DNA from: a virus
Lineage: Duplodnaviria > Caudoviricetes
Reading direction: 5' to 3' (one strand)
Length of the DNA: 64,000 bases
Virus record (IMG/VR): IMGVR_UViG_3300033067_001032
Coordinates: 4,103 to 68,102 of that record
The first letter of the stretch is position 1. Every line of letters starts with the position of its first letter. Both the position numbers and the translations under genes were made by a program. The notes beneath the pieces were generated by a model. That model saw only the letters and a program-made list of their open reading frames with translations, had not been told where the DNA came from and searched no databases. Positions 36,227-44,866 of this stretch are shown here, piece after piece.

Positions 36227-36490
36227 ATGACCAAGACCACACTGATCGACGTGAAGACGCTGACCCTGCTTAGCAAGTTGGGCGCGGCGTATAAGTCCTC
36301 GATGGATGGGCACATCGACGCCTACACCCAGGCCGCCGATGACGCTCAAATGATCCTCGAAGACATCGGGCGCTCCCCATTAGGGGGGCCGGTTGTTGAG
36401 GTCCAAACTCAACACCTAACACTCGTGCCTTCACTCGACGGTGCAAACTCGGCGACATCTTCGACCGGCGAGCTACCGCAGGCGAACTAA
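36227..36490 (+). CDS. Hypothetical protein
   Basis: MTKTTLIDVKTLTLLSKLGA...; between two cassettes. Confidence 0.65.
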   Translation: MTKTTLIDVKTLTLLSKLGAAYKSSMDGHIDAYTQAADDAQMILEDIGRSPLGGPVVEVQTQHLTLVPSLDGANSATSSTGELPQAN

Positions 36491-36556
36491 CTGACAGGCC
36501 CCGGCTTGCGCCGGGGCCTCTTTTTATGGGACACACAAGTCCCGGAGTAACCACAA

Positions 36557-36928
36557 ATGACAAACACAGAAAACAGCCTGGATTTATCCGGCTTCAATGG
36601 ATCGGAGAAAATCTACCGTCACCCCCTGATGCCGGTGAAATACACTGAGGGCGTTCAATATCTCGCCGAAAAGGCGGGCGCCTACTGGTTGCTTGATAAA
36701 GTCGCCTCGCTGCAACTGGAGCCTAAAGTAAAGGCCGAGGAGTTTCAGGCATGGAAGCTTGAGCTTTCTCACCCAGTACCAGGTGCAACGCGCCCCGCAT
36801 ACCTAACATGCGAGGACGGTAATCTTAAGGAAGTCTATCGAGAAATGATCGACTATACCGATTTCCCACTACCGGAAGTCACTATCTGGCTCATAGATGG
36901 CGTTATGCTGTTGCCGAGCGAATACTAA
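36557..36928 (+). CDS. DUF6876-like protein
   Basis: YTEGVQYLAEKAGAYWLLD...YTDFPL...VMLLPSEY. Confidence 0.75.
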   Translation: MTNTENSLDLSGFNGSEKIYRHPLMPVKYTEGVQYLAEKAGAYWLLDKVASLQLEPKVKAEEFQAWKLELSHPVPGATRPAYLTCEDGNLKEVYREMIDYTDFPLPEVTIWLIDGVMLLPSEY

Positions 36929-37005
36929 GATCAGGGCCGCGCAAAAGCGCGGCCCTCTTTTTATGAGGGCCAATCCCGGCCTTCATTTCCCTCAGAAGAG
37001 GAGGC

Positions 37006-37362
37006 GTGCATTGCGCGCGCTACTTAAAACAAATGACTTCACAAAGAGCGGCTCTAGCCGTGGTGAGCGGCCATCTATCGCACGCGGTAACTGGTCGTAA
37101 TAGGTGTCTGATCCGATATGGTCGCAACCTCGTTGGGACCCTCTATGGGTATCAGATAGTCGTTAAGGAGGGTAACAAGATCACCCTTCGTCACCATGGA
37201 CACCGGACCGCAACCACCAGGAAGGCGATGCTTGAGTTTCTAACCCTGCTTGGAGTAGAAGACGCTAGTGTTAGCTTTGCTAAGGGTGCGTTTGTGGTGG
37301 CGGTTGGCGACAAAACCTACCATGCCACCGACGCCGGTCACATAGAGGTGCAATACCCGTGA
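37006..37362 (+). CDS. Hypothetical protein
   Basis: GAGGAGG SD after the last cassette; exact start uncertain. Confidence 0.55.
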   Translation: MHCARYLKQMTSQRAALAVVSGHLSHAVTGRNRCLIRYGRNLVGTLYGYQIVVKEGNKITLRHHGHRTATTRKAMLEFLTLLGVEDASVSFAKGAFVVAVGDKTYHATDAGHIEVQYP

Positions 37363-37577
37363 AGGAAAAATACACCACCCTCTTTCCATGCCATCGAGTG
37401 AAGCCGGGGCTATGGGCTCAGTTCATCCAACGAAGGGACGAACTGGACCATGGCCCGGCCGATCAAGACGCATGGACCTGTACGGCGGTCAGGGCCTGGT
37501 TGGCCCTGCACGAAAGAGGACTGGAACCTCAGCACATAGCCCCATTCAAATACTCCCGGAAGGGAGCTACTGAATAG
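37359..37577 (+). CDS. Hypothetical protein
   Basis: GTGA-coupled 72 aa ORF ending before a terminator. Confidence 0.5.
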   Translation: MKEKYTTLFPCHRVKPGLWAQFIQRRDELDHGPADQDAWTCTAVRAWLALHERGLEPQHIAPFKYSRKGATE

Positions 37578-37597
37578 GGACAGCAATAGCGCCGACA

Positions 37598-37632
37598 CCC
37601 CCAGGGCTTTCACGGCCCTGGGGGATTTTTTT
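37598..37632 (+). terminator. Rho-independent terminator
   Basis: cccccagggc-tttcacg-gccctggggg followed by attttttt. Confidence 0.8.
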
Positions 37633-37854
37633 GTCCCGCTCGGTGCAATTTTGGTGGGATTGTGGGATAAACCGGACCATCGTCCCGTTCGGGGTATGGG
37701 AGCGAGGCCGGGTTACGATCCCGGTGAGTCCTGGGTATGAACCAGGATGGCCTCCAAGGCTCCTCGCTAATAACCCTTATATGCCGGTCTGGCTGTGGCG
37801 TAAACTGGCGCGCGATGCTATTGATTGCCAAATCATCTAAAGGGGGATTTTGGA

Positions 37855-38130
37855 ATGAGTATTTTACCGGCCAGCGGCAAACCGATCGACCTGGACCAAG
37901 ACCTGATAACCGATTCCGAACAGGCCGACATCGTGGTCGAATGGCTCGATAGGCTGATCTCGGATATGCAGTTGCAAATCCTGCAACACCTTCTCCAGAA
38001 CGACCTGGACACGGAATGGCTAGGTAAGGTGCGTTCCGCTCTCCGCGCCACCATCCGCACACGGTTCCAGGTGGCTGAGACTAGGCGGTCTCTGGAGATA
38101 GAGGAAGAGCGCCATCATCGAGGATCGTAA
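37855..38130 (+). CDS. Hypothetical helical protein
   Basis: MSILPASGK...; 91 aa. Confidence 0.6.
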   Translation: MSILPASGKPIDLDQDLITDSEQADIVVEWLDRLISDMQLQILQHLLQNDLDTEWLGKVRSALRATIRTRFQVAETRRSLEIEEERHHRGS

Positions 38131-38239
38131 AATGATCCTTACGGAATAGTGAGATGACACCAACCGAGATGGGTGTAGAAGGGGATCGTTCCCCCCGGAA
38201 CACTACTGACCTCAACCTCCCATTCCCGGTCAGTGACCT

Positions 38240-38270
38240 GAGGCCGCCAGCAATGGCGGCCTCTTTTTTT
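38240..38270 (+). terminator. Rho-independent terminator
   Basis: gaggccgcca-GCAA-tggcggcctc-ttttttt. Confidence 0.85.
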
Positions 38271-38427
38271 GTGCTATCATGGTTTATGGTCGCCATCGTT
38301 TGGGATACCGACAGTATACGAAAAGAGCTCGAGGCTAAACTCGAGGAGCGCCGGAAGCGTGATGGCCGGTGTGTGGTGGAGATAGAGAAAACCCCGGCCC
38401 TGGGAATTCCAGAACCGGGGTTTTGTA

Positions 38428-38616
38428 TTATTCGGACTTGGACTCAGTACGAATGATGGCTTCGCCGTCACCTAAATAGGTGTGGGTGGCGTCCCTCTTA
38501 TTTGTGACCAAACACCAGACACCATTAATCTTCCTGACCGGGTCGCCGCTTTTAGGCGGGATGGATAAGTAAAACTCTACAGCGCGATATTTTGCGTTAT
38601 CGGAACTGAAATCCAT
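38428..38616 (-). CDS. Hypothetical protein
   Basis: MDFSSDNAK...; TGATG-coupled. Confidence 0.5.
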   Translation of the reverse strand: MDFSSDNAKYRAVEFYLSIPPKSGDPVRKINGVWCLVTNKRDATHTYLGDGEAIIRTESKSE

Positions 38617-38732
38617 CACCACCATCCAATAAATGCAAACACCAGACAGCCCGCGGCCCATCCGGCGATGAGGCCGACACCGGCCATGATGAACAGACTC
38701 CAGGCCACTTCCTTTGGATCGAGATCGCGCAT
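38616..38732 (-). CDS. 38-aa membrane peptide
   Basis: MRDLDPKEVAWSLFIMAGVGLIAGWAAGCLVFAFIGWW*; TAATG overlap upstream and TGATG downstream. Confidence 0.6.
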   Translation of the reverse strand: MRDLDPKEVAWSLFIMAGVGLIAGWAAGCLVFAFIGWW

Positions 38733-39214
38733 TAGTGCTTCTGCCTTTTGGGGTCTTCGATAATGGTGAGACGGCGAGATGAAACCGCCCATTCGATCAA
38801 CGAACTGCCGATCTCGTTATGGCCGATATCGGCGATGATGCAGTCAACCTCTTCGCAATAGAAGGCCGATGCCGGATCATCATCGAACCGGCGCCGATCT
38901 TCTTCAGGTAGATAGCCCCTGAAAATGAAGGGGCCGACCGAGCGCATTATCGACAGCCCAGGCTTCCAATCAACGGCATCGCCGCGCTCGAACACCTGGC
39001 CATCGTCCATGATCGCTATCCTGGAACGAAGGTCTTTCAGCCTTTGCTCCTTGGTTACGGCTGGGCCTCTGGCGGCATTGGCTTGTTCATCTTTCAGGAG
39101 ATCGGAAAGCATGGTGTCGAAGAGATTTTGTTTATCATTCCCAGCATCATCGTTGTCGTCCATTTTCAGAATCTCCTCTTCCTCGGCTTGCCTATGACGA
39201 AATGCAGTAGCCAA
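38732..39214 (-). CDS. Hypothetical protein
   Basis: 160 aa downstream of the primase-helicase. Confidence 0.6.
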   Translation of the reverse strand: MATAFRHRQAEEEEILKMDDNDDAGNDKQNLFDTMLSDLLKDEQANAARGPAVTKEQRLKDLRSRIAIMDDGQVFERGDAVDWKPGLSIMRSVGPFIFRGYLPEEDRRRFDDDPASAFYCEEVDCIIADIGHNEIGSSLIEWAVSSRRLTIIEDPKRQKH

Positions 39215-39235
39215 AGTCCTATTCGTTGGATCGCC

Positions 39236-41071
39236 TCATACATCATCGTTGTCATCCTGCCAATGCCTAACATGCTCCTGGTGGCTGGCTAACGGGGCGC
39301 TGTAGCGCCCGGTGCGGGGGTTGTAATCCAGGCTGGCCACCCCCCTTTGCCCATGCCATTTGTGGCGCACCTTCCACACCACCAATTCCGACTCGCAGGG
39401 CGGCGGGCCGTAGCCATCGGTCTCCACCTTCGGCCGATACATGGTGATGCCGAAGTCGGTGATAGCGTTCCATTGACCGCCGCCTGAGATATGGAAGCCG
39501 GTCGGTGGGAAACGTCGAGAGCCAGCGGGCAGTTGCCGTGGGTGGGCCACCAGGAAGCAATGCACGTCATGGGTTTGCACGAAGCGCTTGAGCTTGATGA
39601 GCAGGCGCCTGATCCATTCCACGTCGTTATCTACGCCTTGGGGCTTGTCGATGTAGTTGTAGGGATCGATCACGCAAATCTTAGCGCCGTTGTTGGCGAT
39701 AGCTTCGCTCATGCGGGCCAATATGGAATCCAGGCTGGCTTCCTGGGTATAGCTCTGCGGCAGGAATAGGAAGTTCTCATCGACCCACCTGAGCTCCTCG
39801 ATCATGGCCTCGGGGGTCATGCGCGTAGCCCCGGTGAGGCTAGAGAAGAAGGCTGTTCCCGACTTGATCTCCATGAGCCTAGCGATATGGACCTCTGGAT
39901 TATTTTCAGGCGACCAGATCGCCGCCTTAAGGCCATGATCGCGCGCTAGAGCCACCAGGATGTTATCGAGGAACTGCGATTTGCCATCGTTGGGCCATCC
40001 GGTTATCACAGTGAGAGCCCCAAGCGGCACGGAGTAAAGCTTATGAACGCCAGCACCCAGTCCGATATCGAAACCCCTGGAAATCTCCCCACGGTAGAGT
40101 TGCTGCAACCGATCGAGGAACAGGTTAGCGTTGGCTACAAGTTGCCCAACACTCTTACGAACCCGTTCAGACTTAGCCAAAACCTCATTAGAGATTTTTT
40201 CTATGGCCAGCTTGGCGCTAATGGGCCCGTTGCTATCGAGATAGGCCGCTATGTCTTTTTCTCCTTCAAAAGCCGCAACCACGGCGTTGGGCAATTGGTG
40301 GCTGAGCCGTTCCGCACATTTTCTTCCGGGCTCATCGTTGTCGACAGCGATTGCGACCCCGGCGAAGTTGGCGGCTAGGGCCACCAATTCAACCAGCCAT
40401 TCGCTATGGGCGCCCACATTGGCGCCGTTAGGAACCGAAACCACAGCCTCACGACCGAGGCTTTTCATCACCAGGGCGTCGATCTCGCCTTCCACAATAA
40501 ACAGGACATGGTTTTCCGGGTCCTTAGGTAAAAGCCAAGACAAGTAGCAGGTATTGAAATGACCCTCGGAAGTGAACTCCTTCTCAAGCGTGCGGTACTT
40601 ACACGCGAGTACCTCTCCAGACGTAGAGAAGTAGGGAAATGCGATACAATCCAACTCACCCACCTCTCGGAAATACTTGGTTGCGGTGTGGATAAAGCAT
40701 TTGTTAACTACATGAATCCCTATACCACGGAGGGCGAGGTAGTCCTCATGCTCTCGAGACAGCGACTTGAAATCATCGGCGTCAATTCGGATTGGTGGTT
40801 TCGCTCTATTGATGGGGACAACCTCGGCTGATGGCATGTAATTTTTCCTTTTGATCACTGGGGTTGGCCAGGGGTCGGCGCCATCCGGCACGGCGCCGGA
40901 TGCACCGCAATGGTGGCAGTTGAATAGGATCAGATCGCCCTGGCGGGTGAGGTTAAGAACTGGCGCGCTCTGGTTGTGTGTGCGTCTTAGGTGGCTACAG
41001 TCGGGGCATGGGGTCCGATGATGGTCGCGGGACCCTATCAGGTCTCGCACAACCGCCGGATCGAGACCCAT
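39236..41071 (-). CDS. Primase-helicase (T7 gp4/Twinkle-like)
   Basis: Zn ribbon CPDC/CHHC, TOPRIM EGEIDAL and DNDEPG, Walker A GWPNDGKS, IDPYNY, VAHPR, DFGITMYR. Confidence 0.9.
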   Translation of the reverse strand: MGLDPAVVRDLIGSRDHHRTPCPDCSHLRRTHNQSAPVLNLTRQGDLILFNCHHCGASGAVPDGADPWPTPVIKRKNYMPSAEVVPINRAKPPIRIDADDFKSLSREHEDYLALRGIGIHVVNKCFIHTATKYFREVGELDCIAFPYFSTSGEVLACKYRTLEKEFTSEGHFNTCYLSWLLPKDPENHVLFIVEGEIDALVMKSLGREAVVSVPNGANVGAHSEWLVELVALAANFAGVAIAVDNDEPGRKCAERLSHQLPNAVVAAFEGEKDIAAYLDSNGPISAKLAIEKISNEVLAKSERVRKSVGQLVANANLFLDRLQQLYRGEISRGFDIGLGAGVHKLYSVPLGALTVITGWPNDGKSQFLDNILVALARDHGLKAAIWSPENNPEVHIARLMEIKSGTAFFSSLTGATRMTPEAMIEELRWVDENFLFLPQSYTQEASLDSILARMSEAIANNGAKICVIDPYNYIDKPQGVDNDVEWIRRLLIKLKRFVQTHDVHCFLVAHPRQLPAGSRRFPPTGFHISGGGQWNAITDFGITMYRPKVETDGYGPPPCESELVVWKVRHKWHGQRGVASLDYNPRTGRYSAPLASHQEHVRHWQDDNDDV

Positions 41072-41100
41072 CTAACCACCCCCAAACATCAACCGGAAAC

Positions 41101-41301
41101 TCAATCATCGATCTCAAGGCGGCTGGCGTCAACGAGTATTTGAGCCATCTGCATTGCAATCGATTCAGGTAGGTAAAACAGGATGCGTCGGCCGCGCTCA
41201 TCGACCGACAATCTGGCGGCTATCGCCATGGCCTCAGCCAGTCCCTCCACATCGCCGCGCTCCAAGAGCGCAGCGATCATCCGCATGTCCAACTTCTTCA
41301 T
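41101..41301 (-). CDS. Hypothetical protein
   Basis: 66 aa; GAGGG SD. Confidence 0.55.
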   Translation of the reverse strand: MKKLDMRMIAALLERGDVEGLAEAMAIAARLSVDERGRRILFYLPESIAMQMAQILVDASRLEIDD

Positions 41302-41756
41302 GAATTTCCCTCTCCGGTATTCTTACCTTCCTGTAACCCAGGGAATCTGGGGTGTTCGGGCTTACAGAAACCCGGCCCCACGGACACACTGATCCATGGG
41401 GTCGGGCTCGGCATTGGGAACCTGGGGCATCCCGGACTCACAGGTGGAATGGACGCACTCCTCTCGGAGCGGGGCGGTCATCCTGTACCCCTTCACTGCG
41501 CCCGCCGGTCTCTCGAATGACGGCGCCCGCATCCACTTTCCACAAGCAGCTACAGGCCGGGCCACTAACCCACGTATACCCTTTGACCACGATCCGGATG
41601 GGAGGGCATTAGAACCATCCGGGGTCTCCGCTAATGCCATGGGCGTCACCGCCCCGGAGGCTGAAAGCTGGCCCACGGAGAGGCAAGCCAGCTAACGCTA
41701 CGCTCGCTCAATTGTGGCCACAAGGGGGTATTACCGAAAAACTGGAAAATACATCG

Positions 41757-41786
41757 TTGACCCTAGCCCAGGTCGGGAGTTAGATC
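41757..41786 (+). promoter_or_regulatory. Putative sigma70-type promoter
   Basis: TTGACC-N17-TTAGAT(C) at the divergence point upstream of 41812. Confidence 0.55.
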
Positions 41787-41811
41787 GTTCTAACAGAAGA
41801 AGGAGAAGGCC

Positions 41812-42192
41812 ATGACAAGGAAAGCTTACAGACAGGGCGATGTGCTCCTACTAGCAACCGATAAGCCGCTTCCGGCCGACGCCCAGCCGTTGCAGCGGGA
41901 TAAGTATGACCGAGTGGTGATCGCCTATGGCGAACGCACCGGGCATGCCCACACCTTCCGGTCCCCGAACGTGACTGCGTACCGGGCTGAAACCCCGGAG
42001 ATGGCGGCGCTTGCTGGCTTGCCGACCATGGATTTTCTGCTGGTGGGCGGAGGCGCCACCGAGGCGCTTCGCCATGAGCATGATTCCGGCGCCAAGGCCG
42101 AGCACGATCATATCGACATTCCGGCGGGCTTGTATGAGGTCCTGGCCCAAGTGCAGTACACCCCGGCGGCGCTAGTTCTCAACGCCGATTAA
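41812..42192 (+). CDS. Conserved phage protein (partner of DUF6745)
   Basis: YRQGDVLL, YGERTGHAH, HEH...H..I.IPAG.Y..L.Q.QY. Confidence 0.7.
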   Translation: MTRKAYRQGDVLLLATDKPLPADAQPLQRDKYDRVVIAYGERTGHAHTFRSPNVTAYRAETPEMAALAGLPTMDFLLVGGGATEALRHEHDSGAKAEHDHIDIPAGLYEVLAQVQYTPAALVLNAD

Positions 42193-42277
42193 CTGGACCA
42201 ACCATTTCGATCGGACCCACCTGGAGCGTATCTGGGTGGGTCCGCTTGATCGATAATTTCTAATCGAAAGAACCACA

Positions 42278-43402
42278 ATGACCGATACCACAATCCTCAC
42301 CCCCAGACAGGAAGAGTTGCTCAAAGATCACTCCAAAAAATGGAGTGAATTGAGTTTGCGCACCACGCGGCAAACCGCTGAGGAAAGACTTCGGTTCATA
42401 GCCGATATGCAGGCGTTATACGGGGGGGTTGGGTTGCCAGAGTTAAGCCCCACCAGGGTTTTCTTCGCGCGGTCCCCGCTCGAGGGGCGGATCATGGCTG
42501 GTCTTCTGGCCGCCGCCTTTCGCATGTTCAGCAAAAAGAATTGGAACGACAAGAAGCTCAACAAGCTGATCGATTTTGTGGTGGATTTGCCGCGCGCCGA
42601 ACCAGACCAATCGTTATGGGCGCTCAACCCCTACGATATGGCCGCTATCAACAATAAAGGTGGCCTGGGCCAGCTTGGCGCCCAGTATATCCAACATGCA
42701 TATCGCATGTGGCATAGCGGTGGCATGTCGGCTTCATCGGAGGCGTTCATAGATTTTTTGGTCAATGTCATGGGGGAGCCGGTAACCCAAGGGATTCCGG
42801 CCTGGAGCCACTGGAGAGATTCCCTATTCTCCGGTGGTGGCCGCTTCATGCATGAAAGCTTCGTGGTGTGTTGCGATTTTCCAACAATACTGAGCTTCGA
42901 TGACAGGAACCGTCCGCACAATGACACCGGCCCACATGCGGCGTGGTCCGATGGCGTGGCGATCTATTACATCCATGGCGTGATGATGCCTGCCTATGTC
43001 GTGGAGACTCCATCCTCCATCACGGCGCAACAGGTGCTGGATCAGATGAACGCGGAAGTGCGCCGGGTTATGATCGACAGAATGACGCCGGAGAAATTCA
43101 TTCTCGACGCCAACGCCGTGGTGGTGGACAAAGACCTCGATGGCTATGGGTTTCCGCGGCGCTTACTTCGCGCGGTGTTTCCCAACGATGAGCCTTTAAT
43201 CATGGTGGAGGTCACCAATTCCACTCCGGAACCGGATGGAACCCGTCGCCTATACCATCTTAGGGTGGACCCAATGGCCTATGACGGGCGCGCTAGCACT
43301 GAGTGCCTCGCCGCTATCGCCTCAACCTTTCGCCTCAAGCGAGAGGGGCTTCCGCTCGCCTTCACCACCCCCGAGGATTACAAACTGGAAGTGGAGACAT
43401 GA
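42278..43402 (+). CDS. DUF6745-like protein
   Basis: H.DTGP..AWSDGVAIYYIHGV, NAEVRRVMI, VTNSTPEPDGT.R.Y.LRV.P. Confidence 0.75.
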   Translation: MTDTTILTPRQEELLKDHSKKWSELSLRTTRQTAEERLRFIADMQALYGGVGLPELSPTRVFFARSPLEGRIMAGLLAAAFRMFSKKNWNDKKLNKLIDFVVDLPRAEPDQSLWALNPYDMAAINNKGGLGQLGAQYIQHAYRMWHSGGMSASSEAFIDFLVNVMGEPVTQGIPAWSHWRDSLFSGGGRFMHESFVVCCDFPTILSFDDRNRPHNDTGPHAAWSDGVAIYYIHGVMMPAYVVETPSSITAQQVLDQMNAEVRRVMIDRMTPEKFILDANAVVVDKDLDGYGFPRRLLRAVFPNDEPLIMVEVTNSTPEPDGTRRLYHLRVDPMAYDGRASTECLAAIASTFRLKREGLPLAFTTPEDYKLEVET

Positions 43403-43423
43403 AAGATCGTAATGACCGGCATA

Positions 43424-43774
43424 CTATTGACCTTGAAGAATGGCTTGCCGCTGCGCCCGGCGCATCTTTGATGGAGTGGGCAGAAGCAATTCTTTCGATA
43501 GGGCGTCGCGCACCATTGCCGCATATTCCATCCGACCCTCGACCGGCAGCGTCCACAGATAGTCATAGCAATCCGACAACACCTCCCACTCCACCGCCCC
43601 AAACTCACAAATGAGTTCGTAGTGTTCCTGGTCGGCGAAGAAGGCTTGGGCGTTAGCCGAAATTCTTTTTCTTGGGTCGAGGGTGTCGAGGAACATCCTC
43701 GACAGGAAAGCCCTCCATAGACGAGACATGGATTCGAGACCTGGGTCGGTCACGATCGATCCTTCTAACGACAT
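43424..43774 (-). CDS. Hypothetical protein
   Basis: 116 aa; overlaps the RusA 3' end. Confidence 0.5.
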   Translation of the reverse strand: MSLEGSIVTDPGLESMSRLWRAFLSRMFLDTLDPRKRISANAQAFFADQEHYELICEFGAVEWEVLSDCYDYLWTLPVEGRMEYAAMVRDALSKELLLPTPSKMRRAQRQAILQGQ

Positions 43775-44078
43775 GCTTACTCACCACTTGTCTGTCGTTC
43801 ACGAACACAAGGCCCTGCATGGCGTCCAGGATGAGAGATTCATCCAGGTCGGGGCGCCATGAGGCATACCAAATGGTGATGTCCAGATGCAGCAGGCATT
43901 CCAGGGGTGGAATCAGCCTCGGGCACTGCTTCCGGAAGGTTTCCACATAGTCGATAGCCTTCTCAGACTTGATGCTGCTGAGTCGTTTACCACGTCTAAC
44001 GATCCTTCTGGAGTTAGCCTTTGACGCAGGCTCTCCTTCAATATCGAAGACTACTATGTCTTTACTTGCTTCGTTCAC
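43653..44078 (-). CDS. rusA: RusA-like Holliday junction resolvase
   Basis: IEGEPASKANSR, RPDLDES.ILDAMQG..FVNDRQV; start uncertain. Confidence 0.75.
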   Translation of the reverse strand: MNEASKDIVVFDIEGEPASKANSRRIVRRGKRLSSIKSEKAIDYVETFRKQCPRLIPPLECLLHLDITIWYASWRPDLDESLILDAMQGLVFVNDRQVVSKHVVRRIDRDRPRSRIHVSSMEGFPVEDVPRHPRPKKKNFG

Positions 44079-44308
44079 ACTATGTTCTTGCCAACACTTG
44101 GAGAAGAAGGCAATCTCTTTTTCATGCCAGCCATCGTTTACTGCCGCGACACCGAATGCCCCCTGCGCGAGGGATGCCTCCGTTCCCCGGCGAGTGGAAG
44201 TAAACCGTCTCGCCGCCAGGAATGGTATGGAAATAGTCCACGTCGTGGTAACGAGTGCGAACAGCATTGGCCCACGATGCCGCGGTATCGATATGAAGGA
44301 GCGCAACG

Positions 44309-44866
44309 ATGACCACGGTGGCCATTAAGGACGGGATTATCGCCGTCGATTCGTTTCTCTGGGATAGTGGCGCGGATAGGGTATATGGCAGCACCAATAA
44401 ACTGTTCCGATCCAAGGATGGATGGTGGTGCGCCGGGGCGGGTGAAGCGTCGATGGTGGCCTCTTTCGGTGAATGGTTTTCCAAACGGAGCGTGAAATCC
44501 ATCACCAAGGCGGCCTGGAAAGACCTGCCGGATAAGTGGTCTGGGGCAAGCGCTACAATTCTTTCCCCTGATGGGAGGAGTTTCTTCTACGAGGGGAACA
44601 ACGTTTTTGTGGGGTTAACCTCGCCATTTATAGCGGATGGTTCCGGCGCTCAGTACGCCCTGATGGCCATGGAATGTGGCCTCTCGGCGCCGGGGGCGGT
44701 AATGATGACAGCCAAGTTCGACAAAGCCACCGGCGGTACCGTTAAGTATGCTTTAGCCGGGGCTAAAACATCAATGGTGTATTATGAAAATAACCAACAA
44801 CTACTCACTCCCTCCGCCGTTGGTGGAGGCGGTAAAGAAGGACCCCTACTCCAAGGGGAGCGCTGA
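44309..44866 (+). CDS. HslV/proteasome-beta-like Ntn peptidase
   Basis: N-terminal MTT nucleophile, IAVDS, GSGAQYAL.AM and A.KFD.ATGG. Confidence 0.7.
   Translation: MTTVAIKDGIIAVDSFLWDSGADRVYGSTNKLFRSKDGWWCAGAGEASMVASFGEWFSKRSVKSITKAAWKDLPDKWSGASATILSPDGRSFFYEGNNVFVGLTSPFIADGSGAQYALMAMECGLSAPGAVMMTAKFDKATGGTVKYALAGAKTSMVYYENNQQLLTPSAVGGGGKEGPLLQGER

Larger units (their letters stand above)
35623..36259 (+). repeat. About 83-bp near-perfect direct repeat (35623-35705 and 36178-36259)
   Basis: atgagggcgccgcaatcccgtggcgctt(c)ctcttttaaggactacagaaaATGACCAAGACCACACTGATCGACGTGAAGACG occurs twice. Confidence 0.92.
30451..37035 (+). repeat. About 12 dispersed intergenic hairpin / U-tract / hairpin / SD cassettes
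   Basis: Copies near 30451 (second hairpin only), 31454, 31757, 32235, 32491, 32676, 33991, 35047, 35591, 36145, 36495 and 36932. Core: GC stem, usually with GNRA loop, then CTCTTTTTATG, a second stem with AATCCC or GAAA-type loop, then GGAG/AAGGA and the start codon. Confidence 0.9.

Noticed and set aside
30451-37035. Cassettes as a CRISPR array or integron attC sites
   Set aside because: Spacers are whole genes and stems differ in sequence; no cas genes; no GTTRRRY/RYYYAAC attC ends seen and the recombinase lacks an evident IntI insertion.
37631-37840. 69-aa ORF or structured RNA after the terminator
   Set aside because: TTG start lies in the terminator T-run without an SD; could not decide between coding and non-coding.
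38154-38456. 100-aa plus-strand ORF
   Set aside because: Spans a strong terminator at 38240-38270; at most the part from about 38286 may be coding.
41310-41700. tRNA, ncRNA or ORF in the divergent intergenic region
   Set aside because: No cloverleaf or T-loop (GTTCRA) context; ORFs on both strands lack SD and motifs. It may hold an origin, but nothing supports that directly.
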